Shown here piece after piece: positions 55,354-64,000 of a stretch of 64,000 bases of DNA. The stretch comes from Desulfococcaceae bacterium (GTDB lineage: Bacteria > Desulfobacterota > Desulfobacteria > Desulfobacterales > Desulfococcaceae): assembly GCA_050180235.1 (NCBI GenBank), contig JBFXEJ010000017.1:4595-68594 (forward strand), in the 5' to 3' direction. Under the pieces are notes generated by a model. That model was not told the DNA's origin. It ran no database searches and saw only the letters and a list, made by a program, of their open reading frames with translations. A program made the translations under genes and the position numbers. Each line of letters begins with the position of its first letter. Position 1 is the first letter of the stretch.

Positions 55354-55521
55354 ATGAAATACCGTGTGCTGCTTGAACAGGATGAAGACGGAATATTTGT
55401 TGTTCAGGTTCCCTCTTTGCCGGGCTGCATTTCCCAGGGAAACACCCGCAAAGAGGCATTGAACAATATCCGTGAAGCCATTTCTGTTTATCTGGAAAGC
55501 CTGAAAGCATATGATGAATGA
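55354..55521 (+). CDS. hicB: HicB-family antitoxin (orphan)
   Basis: 55-aa ORF below the track cutoff: MKYRVLLEQDEDGIFVVQVPSLPGCISQGNTRKEALNNIREAISVYLESLKAYDE. Stop overlaps the lgt start region. Confidence 0.7.
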   Translation: MKYRVLLEQDEDGIFVVQVPSLPGCISQGNTRKEALNNIREAISVYLESLKAYDE

Positions 55522-56383
55522 ATTTTGGATTTGGTGGCAGCATCTGCCTGAAAAAATAAGCCCGGTCATCTTTCAGATCGGCAGCTTCAAACTGCAGTAT
55601 TACGGACTGATGTATCTTATTGCATTCGGCATCAGTTATGCACTGGTCCTTTACCGCATACGGAAAGAGGAAAGCTTTCATATCACGGCGCAGCAGGCCG
55701 AATCCCTGACCACTGCCATGATTCTGGGCGTGATTCTGGGCGGGCGGCTGGGATACGTCATTTTTTACAATTTTTCCTATTATCTGCATCATCCATTGGA
55801 AATCTTTCTGCCCTTTGATTTTTCCAATGGCATGACCTTCACCGGCATTTCCGGCATGTCCTATCACGGCGGTCTGCTGGGCGTTGTCATTGCCTCGTGG
55901 ATATACACCCGGAAAAGCGGCATAAGTTTCCGGGAAATGAGTGATCTGTATGCGCCTGTGGTTCCTTTGGGTTACACCTTCGGGCGCATGGGCAATTTCA
56001 TCAACGGAGAACTCTACGGAAGAATAACAGATGCAAATATAGGCATGTATTTTCCCCATGCACCGGGCCCGGAACTGCGCCATCCTTCGCAGTTGTATGA
56101 AGCCTTTTTTGAGGGCATTTTTCTCTTTGTTCTGCTGTGGAGCATTCGCAAAAAAACAAACACCAAAGGCGCTATGCTGGCCTTTTATCTGATGGGATAC
56201 GGAACAGTACGCTTTTTCATTGAATACTTCCGTGAACCGGATGCGCATCTGGGATTTGTTTTTCTCTCTTTTTCCAGAGGACAGCAACTGTGTTTTCTGA
56301 TGATACTGGCCGGAATACTGATTTACGGCGGACTGCGTTTCAAAAACAATGGCAAAACCGCAGTTGCCGCAGGAAAGAGATGA
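55511..56383 (+). CDS. lgt: prolipoprotein diacylglyceryl transferase
   Basis: 290-aa polytopic protein with Lgt-like N-terminus ...FQIGSFKLQYYGLMYLIAFGISY and GRMGNFINGELYG. Confidence 0.9.
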   Translation: MMNEFWIWWQHLPEKISPVIFQIGSFKLQYYGLMYLIAFGISYALVLYRIRKEESFHITAQQAESLTTAMILGVILGGRLGYVIFYNFSYYLHHPLEIFLPFDFSNGMTFTGISGMSYHGGLLGVVIASWIYTRKSGISFREMSDLYAPVVPLGYTFGRMGNFINGELYGRITDANIGMYFPHAPGPELRHPSQLYEAFFEGIFLFVLLWSIRKKTNTKGAMLAFYLMGYGTVRFFIEYFREPDAHLGFVFLSFSRGQQLCFLMILAGILIYGGLRFKNNGKTAVAAGKR

Positions 56384-56580
56384 GGATTGCAAATTCAGCC
56401 ACGAATGACACGAATAACACGAATTTTTATTCACTATTCGTGCAATTCGTGTCATTCGTGGTTAAAACAATCCGCAGGGAAGAGATGAGGATTGCAAATT
56501 CAGCCGCGAATAACACGAATAACACGAATTTTTATTCACTATTCGTACAATTCGTCATTCGTGCTTAAAACAATCCGCTT
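56381..56580. repeat. 105-bp tandem repeat x2, each with an internal palindrome
   Basis: atgaggattgcaaattcagcc.cgaat.acacgaataacacgaatttttattcactattcgt.caattcgt(gt)cattcgtg.ttaaaacaatccgc, starting at 56381 and 56486. Confidence 0.85.
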
Positions 56581-56594
56581 GAAAGGAATTAGAT

Positions 56595-56861
56595 ATGATA
56601 TCCGTGAATGTGGAAAAAGCGGCCCGGACATTGCCCGGACTGATTCATCATACTCTGATGAATTGTGAGGAAACGGTTATTGTTTCCGAAAACGGGGCAG
56701 TTGTGATGATTGATCAGGCTGAGTGGGAAAATATGAAAGAAACCCTGAATCTGCTGCGGGACAGAAAATCCCTCAAAGCCCTGCTGGACGGACACAGAGA
56801 AAGAGATTTGGGACACATACCGGACAGCGTAAGTGCTGAAAAGGCTTTTTATGACTTATAA
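56595..56861 (+). CDS. yefM: Phd/YefM-family antitoxin
   Basis: 88 aa, ...ETVIVSENGAVVMIDQAEWENMKETLNLL. Overlaps the toxin start. Confidence 0.85.
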   Translation: MISVNVEKAARTLPGLIHHTLMNCEETVIVSENGAVVMIDQAEWENMKETLNLLRDRKSLKALLDGHRERDLGHIPDSVSAEKAFYDL

Positions 56862-57123
56862 AATCAACATTCTCAAAAATGCGGATGAAGATTTGGACTG
56901 GCTGAGAAAAAATGACAGAAAAAGCTACTGCAAATGTTTTGATCTTGTGAGGGAACTCATGGAAAATCCCAGAGAAGGAACCGGCAAACCGGAACGGCTT
57001 AAATATTTTGCAAAAGAGGTTTACAGCAGAAGGATTAATCAGGAGGACAGGCTGGTTTATACCATTTATGAAAATACAGGGGAAATTGATATTTCCTCAT
57101 TTCGGGGACATTACAAAAAATAA
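56851..57123 (+). CDS. yoeB: Txe/YoeB-family toxin
   Basis: GTGKPERLKYFAKEVYSRRINQEDRLVY...GHY matches the YoeB pattern. ATG 56851 lies within ORF 56833..57123. Confidence 0.85.
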   Translation: MTYKINILKNADEDLDWLRKNDRKSYCKCFDLVRELMENPREGTGKPERLKYFAKEVYSRRINQEDRLVYTIYENTGEIDISSFRGHYKK

Positions 57124-57150
57124 AAACACCAACATACAGATTACAGGCAT

Positions 57151-58545
57151 ATGAAACTCTTTTTATACAACACACTGACAAGAAGCAGGGAGGAATTCGT
57201 TCCCATTGATCCGCAGGAAGTGGGAATGTATACCTGCGGGCCTACGGTTTACAATTATGCCCATATCGGCAACCTGCGCACCTATATTTTTGAGGATATT
57301 CTCAAGCGGGTTCTCCTGTACAACGGTTACAGAGTCAAACATGTGATGAATATCACAGATGTGGGGCATCTGACCGGTGACCGGGATATGGGCGAGGACA
57401 AACTGGAAAAAGGAGCCGCACGCGAGGGAAAATCCGCGTGGGAGATCGCGGCTTTTTACACGCAGGAATTCAAAAAGGACATGAATGCTTTGAACCTGCT
57501 GGAGCCAAATATCTGGTGCCGTGCCACCGATACGATTCCCGAACAGATTGATCTGATTCGTATTCTGGAGGAAAAAGGCTACACCTACCCCACCCGTGAC
57601 GGCATCTATTTTGACACATCAAAATTCAAAGATTATACCAAACTTTCCCATCAGAATCTGGATGCCCTGCAGGAAGGCGCACGGGTGGAAAAAAACCCGG
57701 AAAAACGCAATCCCACGGATTTTGCGCTCTGGAAATTCTCTCCGGCTGATGTGCAGAGACAAATGGAATGGGATTCTCCCTGGGGAAAGGGATTTCCGGG
57801 CTGGCATATTGAATGCTCTACCATGAGCATGAAATTTCTGGGAGAGCGGCTTGATATTCACTGCGGCGGAACAGATCATATCAACGTGCATCATACCAAT
57901 GAAATTGCCCAGTCCGAAGCCGCGACCGGGAAAAAGTTCTTCAATTTCTGGATGCACGGAGCATTTCTCAACATTGAAGGCGGCAAGAAAATGGCAAAAA
58001 GCGCGGGCAATTTCCTGACGTTGGAAAACACACTGATCCGGCAGGGAATTGATCCTCTGGCCTACCGTTTTGCCGCGTTTCAGACCCATTACCGCAATCC
58101 TATGGAATATACCGCAGAATCCATGCACGCGGCTGCCAACGGACTGGCACATCTGAGAAGCCGTGCCAAAAGCCTCCGGGAGTCCGGAGACTTTTCATCA
58201 GGTCAGATCAGCCCTGAATTCAAAGAAAAATTCCTCACGGAAATCAATGATGATCTGAACATGCCCCGCGCAATGGCTGTGGTGCAGGAAATGCTCAAAT
58301 CTGATCTCAGTCCCGGAGACAAACATGCCACACTTGCAGATTTTGACCGGGTGCTGGGCTTTGATCTCGGCAAAGAGGAAAAAGAGGAAGGACTGCCGGA
58401 GGAAGTCCTGAAACTGGGCGAAGCCCGGCAGAAAGCCAGATCAGAAAAAAACTGGGCAGAATCGGATCGGCTGCGGGATGCCATCCGTGATTTGGGATAT
58501 ATGGTGCGGGATACAAAAGAGGGAATGAAGATTGACAAAATCTGA
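57151..58545 (+). CDS. cysS: cysteine--tRNA ligase
   Basis: HIGN ([10 protein letters not shown]) and KMSKS-like (KKMAKSAGN) class I motifs; 464 aa. Confidence 0.95.
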   Translation: MKLFLYNTLTRSREEFVPIDPQEVGMYTCGPTVYNYAHIGNLRTYIFEDILKRVLLYNGYRVKHVMNITDVGHLTGDRDMGEDKLEKGAAREGKSAWEIAAFYTQEFKKDMNALNLLEPNIWCRATDTIPEQIDLIRILEEKGYTYPTRDGIYFDTSKFKDYTKLSHQNLDALQEGARVEKNPEKRNPTDFALWKFSPADVQRQMEWDSPWGKGFPGWHIECSTMSMKFLGERLDIHCGGTDHINVHHTNEIAQSEAATGKKFFNFWMHGAFLNIEGGKKMAKSAGNFLTLENTLIRQGIDPLAYRFAAFQTHYRNPMEYTAESMHAAANGLAHLRSRAKSLRESGDFSSGQISPEFKEKFLTEINDDLNMPRAMAVVQEMLKSDLSPGDKHATLADFDRVLGFDLGKEEKEEGLPEEVLKLGEARQKARSEKNWAESDRLRDAIRDLGYMVRDTKEGMKIDKI

Positions 58546-58563
58546 AATATCGGAGGAGAAGAC

Positions 58564-58968
58564 ATGAATACAGGAAAGAAAATCATATGCGGATGTCTGC
58601 TGTCTCTTTGCTGTCTGATTATGGCAGGATGCGGATTTTTTATTGCAGGGTCGGTTGCGGGAGTGGGCGTGTATTCCTATGTCAACGGCGAGCTGATCCG
58701 TTCATACCAGACCGGCTATGATCAAACCCTTGAGGTCTGCACTGATGTTCTGGAAAAACAGGATCTCAGAATAACAGGAACTGAGCAGAAATCCCTCAGC
58801 ACCACCATCAGCAGTGAGTATTACAACGGCAAACCCGTAACAGTAAAAGTGACACGCAGGAATACCGACATGACCGAGGTTGCCATCCGCTCCGGTATCA
58901 TGGGCGTATGGGACAGAGAATTTTCCGAACGGATTCATGCGGCCATTGCAAAGCAGCTTGAGCAGTAA
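58564..58968 (+). CDS. small lipoprotein (DUF3568-like)
   Basis: Lipobox LIMAGC; RBS GGAGGAGAAG. Confidence 0.65.
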   Translation: MNTGKKIICGCLLSLCCLIMAGCGFFIAGSVAGVGVYSYVNGELIRSYQTGYDQTLEVCTDVLEKQDLRITGTEQKSLSTTISSEYYNGKPVTVKVTRRNTDMTEVAIRSGIMGVWDREFSERIHAAIAKQLEQ

Positions 58969-60382
58969 TATAACCGGCATTGTCGGCAGAACCATCCGGA
59001 AATACCGGATGCTGGAAACCGGGGATACTGTTCTCATGGGCGTATCCGGGGGAGCTGATTCCGTGGCTCTCGTGCATATTTTTGCAGAACTGACTCCCTG
59101 CTTTTCTCTGCGCCTGGGCATAGCCCATCTCAACCACTGCCTGCGCGGTGAAGAATCAGACAGGGATGAGAAATTTGTCATTGAACTGGCAGAAAAACTT
59201 TCCATTCCCTGTTTTACCGGAAAAAAAGACGCGGAAGAATACAGACGTTTGCACAGGCTTTCCCCTGAAGAATCGGCCAGAGAGATCCGTTATGCTTTTT
59301 TGGAACAAACCGCGCGGGAAAAGGGATTCACGCGAATTGCTTTGGGACACCACGCTGATGACAATGCGGAACTGATTCTGATGTTTCTGCTGCGCGGGAG
59401 CGGCCCGTCCGGACTGTCCGGCATTCCCCCATGCAGAGAGGGAAAATACATACGTCCCATGATGGAACTGAGCCGCTCAGATATTATGGAATATCTGCAC
59501 ATAAAAAACGCGGAATATGTGACAGACAGTTCCAACAGCGATCTGAAGTATCTGCGCAACCGCTTGCGGCATCAGCTTATTCCCCATCTGAAAACGCATT
59601 ACAATCCCGGCATTGTCCGCACTCTTAACCGGGTTTCGGAGATTCTGAGGGATGAGGAACAGTGGCTTTCCGGAATTGCTGCCGATCTTTTTCATACAGT
59701 TCTGATTTCCGAAAAAAAGGGTGGTGCGGAACTTTCGGTCTCCGGGCTTGGAGCGATGCCGCATGCCGCGCAGAGACGCGTCATCCGTCATGCCCTTGCC
59801 TGTGTTAAGGGAAATCTGCGGAGGATCACATTTACGCACACAGAGAATATTTTCCGTATCCTGCAAAAGGATCAAGACCTCAGATGTCTTGATCTGCCGG
59901 ATCGCATCCGTGTCACCCGGAAAGGAGACAGTCTTCATATTTCCAAAGAGTCGGAAACGCTCCGAAATCTGGGGAAAAAAAAGCCGGATCTGGCTCCCTG
60001 TTTTTATACGGTGACAGCTCCGGGCAGAATCCGGATCAGGGAAACCGGAGCGGTTCTGATTTTTTCCCTGCCGGAGAAAATGCCTGATATTCAGGATTTC
60101 GGAGCCTCTGTGGCATTTTTTGATATGGAAAAAGCATCATTTCCCATAGTGATCCGGAATTTTCAGCCCGGAGACCGTTTCCGGCCTTTGGGAATGCAGG
60201 GAACACAGAAGCTGAAAAAATACTTTGCGGATCACAAAATTCCACAGGATGAAAGGGCCAAATGTCCCATTCTGCTGAGTGAGGATCGGATTATCTGGGT
60301 GGCAGGACACAGGATCGGCGATTGTGCAAAGGTGACAGGCAAAACAGAAAAGGTGCTGAAAGCAGAACTTTTGCTTGCCTAA
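58937..60382 (+). CDS. tilS: tRNA(Ile)-lysidine synthetase
   Basis: PP-loop GVSGGADSVAL. Start uncertain (ATG 58937, TTG 58958 or ATG 59009). The conserved-looking helix IVGRTIRKYRML lies upstream of ATG 59009. Confidence 0.85.
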   Translation: MRPLQSSLSSNITGIVGRTIRKYRMLETGDTVLMGVSGGADSVALVHIFAELTPCFSLRLGIAHLNHCLRGEESDRDEKFVIELAEKLSIPCFTGKKDAEEYRRLHRLSPEESAREIRYAFLEQTAREKGFTRIALGHHADDNAELILMFLLRGSGPSGLSGIPPCREGKYIRPMMELSRSDIMEYLHIKNAEYVTDSSNSDLKYLRNRLRHQLIPHLKTHYNPGIVRTLNRVSEILRDEEQWLSGIAADLFHTVLISEKKGGAELSVSGLGAMPHAAQRRVIRHALACVKGNLRRITFTHTENIFRILQKDQDLRCLDLPDRIRVTRKGDSLHISKESETLRNLGKKKPDLAPCFYTVTAPGRIRIRETGAVLIFSLPEKMPDIQDFGASVAFFDMEKASFPIVIRNFQPGDRFRPLGMQGTQKLKKYFADHKIPQDERAKCPILLSEDRIIWVAGHRIGDCAKVTGKTEKVLKAELLLA

Positions 60383-60508
60383 TTTATAAATATGATTAAT
60401 ATTAATTCCGTATTGTTCAGACATGCGCAAAATGAAATTCATACAGAACCGGAAAAAAAACAGAATTATTTCCGGAACTCTGCAATCTTTTTCAGGAGGT
60501 AATATTCG

Positions 60509-62434
60509 TTGAACCCTTTTTACAAAAATCTGGCTTTATGGCTGGTCATCACCCTTATGATGATTATGCTCTTCAATCTTTTCAACCAGCAGACAGTTGC
60601 GGAACCCGGCATCAGTTATACGGAATTCATAAACATGGTGAATGCCGGTGGTGTAGCCGAAGTGGTGATACAGGGACAGGAACTCCTTGTCACCGACACC
60701 AGCCGGAAACGGTTTAAGGTATTTGCACCGGAAGATGATAACCTGATCCAGAAGCTGGAGCAGAAAGGTGTTGTCATCAAGGCAAAACCCCCCAATGACT
60801 CACCCTGGTATATGACTCTGCTGGTGTCCTGGTTTCCCATGATGGTGCTCATCGGTGTATGGGTATTTTTCATGCGTCAGATGCAGTCCGGCGGAGGCAA
60901 GGCCATGTCCTTTGGCAAAAGCCGGGCCCGTCTTCTGTCCGAGCAGTCTGAAAAAATCACATTTGAGGATGTGGCAGGCATTGATGAGGCAAAAGAGGAA
61001 CTGTGGGAAATTGTTGAATTTCTCAAAGACCCCAAAAAATTCACAAGGCTGGGCGGACGCATTCCCAAAGGCGTGCTGCTCATGGGGCCTCCGGGTACGG
61101 GAAAAACCCTTCTGGGACGTGCCATAGCCGGAGAGGCGGGTGTTCCCTTTTTCAGCATCAGCGGATCTGATTTTGTGGAAATGTTTGTGGGCGTGGGCGC
61201 ATCCCGCGTGCGCGATCTTTTTATGCAGGGCAAGAAAAATGCACCCTGCATCATTTTTATTGATGAAATTGACGCAGTGGGCAGACACCGCGGTGCAGGT
61301 CTGGGCGGCGGACATGATGAAAGGGAGCAGACCCTGAACCAGCTTCTTGTGGAAATGGACGGTTTTGAGTCCAATGAGGGCGTAATTCTGGTCGCAGCCA
61401 CAAACCGGCCTGATGTGCTTGATCCTGCACTCATGCGTCCCGGCAGATTTGATCGTCAGGTGGTGGTGGGAATGCCTGATTTGAAGGGCCGGGAAAAGAT
61501 TCTCAAGGTGCATATGCGGAAAAGCCCCATTGCAGATGATGTGGATATTCTGAATCTGGCCAAAGGCACACCCGGATTTTCCGGCGCGGATTTGGAAAAT
61601 CTGGTCAATGAAGCCGCTCTTTTTGCAGCCAAGAAAAACAAAGACAAGGTTGGCATGGCTGATTTTGAGGAGGCCAAAGACAAAGTTTATATGGGGCTGG
61701 AACGCAAATCTCTGGTGCTCACAGACGAAGACAAAAAAGTCACGGCCTATCATGAGGGGGGACACGCACTCGTGGCCCGTTTCCTGCCCGGCACAGATCC
61801 GGTCAACAAAATCACCATCATACCCCGCGGCCGTGCTCTGGGCATTACCTGGTACCTGCCGGATGAAAGATACACCATCTATCAGGAGCAGTATGAAAGC
61901 CGGATTTCCTGTATGATGGGCGGACGGGTTGCTGAGGAGATTATTTTTGGCAAAATCACTGCGGGTGCTTCCGGTGACATCAAACAGGCCACGGATCTGG
62001 CAGATAAAATGGTACGTGCCTGGGGCATGAGCGAACTGGGACCCATTTCCTATGCCAAAGGGGATGATCAGGTTTTTCTGGGAAGGGAAATCACCCAGCG
62101 CAGGGATTATTCTGATGAGGTGGCCCGGAAGATTGATGCGGAAGTCAGCCGTCTGATTGCCACAGCCTATGAAAAGGCCAGAAAGGTGCTGAAGGAGAAT
62201 ACAGACATTCTCCACAAACTCACAGAACTTCTGCTGGAAAAGGAAACCGTGATGGGAGCGGAACTTGATGATCTCATCCTTGCCATGCGCCCCGGTATCC
62301 GTCTGCCTTCCCATCATCCCGAAACTCTGCCGGAACCAGCCACGGTTTCTTTGGAAAAACATCCGGCTGTTTCCCCGGCTATCCCCACTGATGATGCGGA
62401 TAAGGACAATGATCAGGAATTAAAACAGAAATGA
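60509..62434 (+). CDS. ftsH: ATP-dependent zinc metalloprotease FtsH
   Basis: TTG start 9 nt after AGGAGG. Walker A GPPGTGKT; zinc site HEGGHA. Confidence 0.95.
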   Translation: MNPFYKNLALWLVITLMMIMLFNLFNQQTVAEPGISYTEFINMVNAGGVAEVVIQGQELLVTDTSRKRFKVFAPEDDNLIQKLEQKGVVIKAKPPNDSPWYMTLLVSWFPMMVLIGVWVFFMRQMQSGGGKAMSFGKSRARLLSEQSEKITFEDVAGIDEAKEELWEIVEFLKDPKKFTRLGGRIPKGVLLMGPPGTGKTLLGRAIAGEAGVPFFSISGSDFVEMFVGVGASRVRDLFMQGKKNAPCIIFIDEIDAVGRHRGAGLGGGHDEREQTLNQLLVEMDGFESNEGVILVAATNRPDVLDPALMRPGRFDRQVVVGMPDLKGREKILKVHMRKSPIADDVDILNLAKGTPGFSGADLENLVNEAALFAAKKNKDKVGMADFEEAKDKVYMGLERKSLVLTDEDKKVTAYHEGGHALVARFLPGTDPVNKITIIPRGRALGITWYLPDERYTIYQEQYESRISCMMGGRVAEEIIFGKITAGASGDIKQATDLADKMVRAWGMSELGPISYAKGDDQVFLGREITQRRDYSDEVARKIDAEVSRLIATAYEKARKVLKENTDILHKLTELLLEKETVMGAELDDLILAMRPGIRLPSHHPETLPEPATVSLEKHPAVSPAIPTDDADKDNDQELKQK

Positions 62435-63312
62435 AACAGTATACAATTTCCTGGACACATCAGGGGCGGGAATGGAATCTCAGACTTGGTGAACGCACCT
62501 GCGTGATGGGAATTCTGAATGTTACGCCTGACTCTTTTTCAGATGGAGGCATTTTCTTTGACTTTGAAAAAGCCCTTGCCCAGGCAGAAAAAATGGTCGG
62601 AGACGGAACTGATATTCTTGATATCGGGGGCGAATCCACCCGTCCTTTTTCCGAAGAGGTTTCTGTGACTGAGGAAATCCGGCGGGTGGTTCCGGTTATT
62701 GAAAAACTGGTTTCCGGCAAAATTCCGGTTCCCATATCCATAGATACGGCAAAAGCAGAAGTCGCTAAACAGGCTTTGGACGCTGGTGCGTCCATTATCA
62801 ATGATATTTCCGCGCTGCAAAATGATCCGGAAATGGCGTCTCTGGCTGCTGAATACAGAGTGCCGGTCATCATGATGCATATGAAGGGAACTCCCAAAAC
62901 CATGCAGGTTGATCCGCATTATGATGATCTGCTTGGGGAACTGCACCTGTTTTTTGAACAGGCTATTTGCAGGGCAGTGAAAAGCGGCATAGAACGCTCG
63001 AAGATTATCATTGATCCGGGGATTGGTTTCGGAAAAACAAAGGAGCATAATCTTTGTCTTATCAGACGGCTGGACGCGTTTGCAGATTTGGATGTGCCGA
63101 TTCTGGTGGGTTCATCCCGAAAGGCATTTATTCGCAATCTCCTGAAAAAAGAAGGGGAAAAGGATATAAATCCCCTGTCGCCCATTGTGGAAACCGGAAC
63201 CCAGGCCAGTGTGGCAGCCTCTGTTCTGTCAGGTGCGCATATTGTCCGGGTTCACAATGTGGCCAATACCCGTGCAACGGTGAGGATTGCTGATGCCATC
63301 CGGAATGTGTAA
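62431..63312 (+). CDS. folP: dihydropteroate synthase
   Basis: [14 protein letters not shown] and DIGGESTRP; ATGA overlap with ftsH. Confidence 0.95.
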   Translation: MKQYTISWTHQGREWNLRLGERTCVMGILNVTPDSFSDGGIFFDFEKALAQAEKMVGDGTDILDIGGESTRPFSEEVSVTEEIRRVVPVIEKLVSGKIPVPISIDTAKAEVAKQALDAGASIINDISALQNDPEMASLAAEYRVPVIMMHMKGTPKTMQVDPHYDDLLGELHLFFEQAICRAVKSGIERSKIIIDPGIGFGKTKEHNLCLIRRLDAFADLDVPILVGSSRKAFIRNLLKKEGEKDINPLSPIVETGTQASVAASVLSGAHIVRVHNVANTRATVRIADAIRNV

Positions 63313-63542
63313 GGAAAGCGAAACAGATAACTTTCCCGTGATTCACAGGTCTGTCAGATATTTCTTTCACATTCAGAAAGAACAGGAGTTCGGACTGAAA
63401 GTCTGGCATAGTCCCAAACTTTCCGTTTGGGACTCCTTAAAATGGGAAGAAATTTTTCTGGCAAAGCATTCACGCGGAATCTGGAATATGTTCTGTTATG
63501 GGATTCGGCTTTCTCCGGATAGAGGATTTTTTTTGAGTTGTT

Positions 63543-63655
63543 ATACCGATTCGACTGATCCGGAGGAGTGCAAAAATTAAGCGGAGCGGTTTTTTGCACA
63601 GACAAAACTGCGTAAAAACCGGCAATATTGGATCAGATCAATGGCGGATTGCTAT
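63543..63655. repeat. family B element with cargo module (inverted cargo)
   Basis: ataccgattcgactgatccggaggagtgcaaaaattaagcggagcggttttttgcac...tcaatggcggattgctat. Confidence 0.7.
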
Positions 63656-63664
63656 TACGGGATC

Positions 63665-63834
63665 ATCAGATTTTTCCCTGATAAGCGGCTTTTTGGAATA
63701 TTATCAGGGAAAACTGACCTGATAACTGCTGTTTTTGACTGTTATCAGGGAAAGTTCCCTGATATTGTGTTATCACGGGAATCTTCCCTGATAATGGCGG
63801 TTTTGGGCTGTTATCAGGGAAAAGTTCCTGATAA
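63665..63834. repeat. array of five ~25-bp palindromes TTATCAGGGAAA-n-TTCCCTGATAA
   Basis: Sites at 63665..63684, 63701..63725, 63742..63764, 63770..63794 and 63811..63834. The last four show 69-bp periodicity. The array ends 24 nt before ATG 63859. Confidence 0.8.
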
Positions 63835-63858
63835 TCAATGGTTAGAAGGCATAGATAA

Positions 63859-64000
63859 ATGGTGATAAGACATTACATAAAATGTGATACATGCAATACA
63901 CCACATACATTGCGTATTGGGCTAGGGCATAACGATTGGCAAGAGCATACTTTTCCATGTGTGGAATGCGGTGAGGACATTTCTGTAGGCGTAAAATTAG
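63859..64000 (+). CDS. 5' part of a zinc-ribbon-containing ORF running off the window
   Basis: MVIRHYIKCDTCNTPHTLRIGLGHNDWQEHTFPCVECGEDISVGVKL (CxxC...CxxC). Open at the window end and not in the ORF track. Confidence 0.3.
   Translation, partial: MVIRHYIKCDTCNTPHTLRIGLGHNDWQEHTFPCVECGEDISVGVKL

Noticed and set aside
55184-56455. 423-aa ORF antisense to lgt
   Set aside because: The sense strand encodes a recognisable Lgt. The antisense ORF runs through repeat DNA at both ends.
60800-62362. 520-aa ORF antisense to ftsH
   Set aside because: The FtsH motifs on the plus strand are unambiguous. Long antisense ORFs are common in such genes.
63287-63580. 97-aa ORF overlapping the folP 3' end
   Set aside because: It runs into a family B repeat, has no motifs, and its start lies inside folP.
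63665-63834. Possible CRISPR array
   Set aside because: The repeats are palindromes about 25 bp long, separated by only 5-17 bp with two alternating spacings. No unique spacers of CRISPR length and no cas genes are present.

Overview
This is a 64-kb bacterial chromosomal window with about 58 protein-coding genes on both strands. I recognised no rRNA, tRNA or CRISPR array by eye, and I could not run tRNAscan or Infernal. The gene content suggests a large-genome Desulfobacterota-type anaerobe: an FTR-like/glutaredoxin pair, many two-component proteins, an NB-ARC protein and a very high density of short palindromic and MITE-like repeats. That taxonomic call is inference only.

Housekeeping and ordinary blocks:
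- M14 peptidase, MFS and ABC transporters, kdsB
- ECF sigma / anti-sigma / CpxP-like trio, trmO, MOT1-like transporter, OmpR-type regulator, cysE
- M50 protease, STAS protein, a two-component cluster, ruvC, PP2C phosphatase, aldo-keto reductase
- FTR-like/Grx pair, hydantoinase, OmpA-family protein
- lgt, yefM-yoeB, cysS, tilS-ftsH-folP

Accessory content worth attention:
1. **NLR-type pair (52622..55069).** A small Bell/HeLo-like protein and an NB-ARC-TPR STAND NTPase carry the same amyloid-like terminal motif, KIGVVG-x(3-4)-IEGGMH. They sit in a defence-type islet with an M-S fused N6-adenine methyltransferase, a PD-(D/E)XK protein and an orphan HicB.
2. **Five-gene operon (11343..19298).** SWIM / DUF5691-like / MoxR-AAA / DUF5682-like / VWA, of unknown function (yehLMPQ-like).
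3. **Integron-type gene cassettes.** Canonical attC sites occur at two loci (5.7-7.7 kb and 37.1-37.9 kb) with no integrase in the window.
4. **Repeat families.** Several MITE/REP families are present. One has 8-bp target-site duplications and a nested insertion.
5. **Overlapping convergent genes.** Two beta-lactamase-fold genes overlap by 278 bp inside a 27-bp tandem repeat that is read on both strands.
6. **Smaller oddities.** These include a homopolymer-interrupted antitoxin, a truncated response regulator, tandem duplications and a palindrome array at the right edge.

All functional calls rest on motif recognition in the supplied translations. No database search was run.
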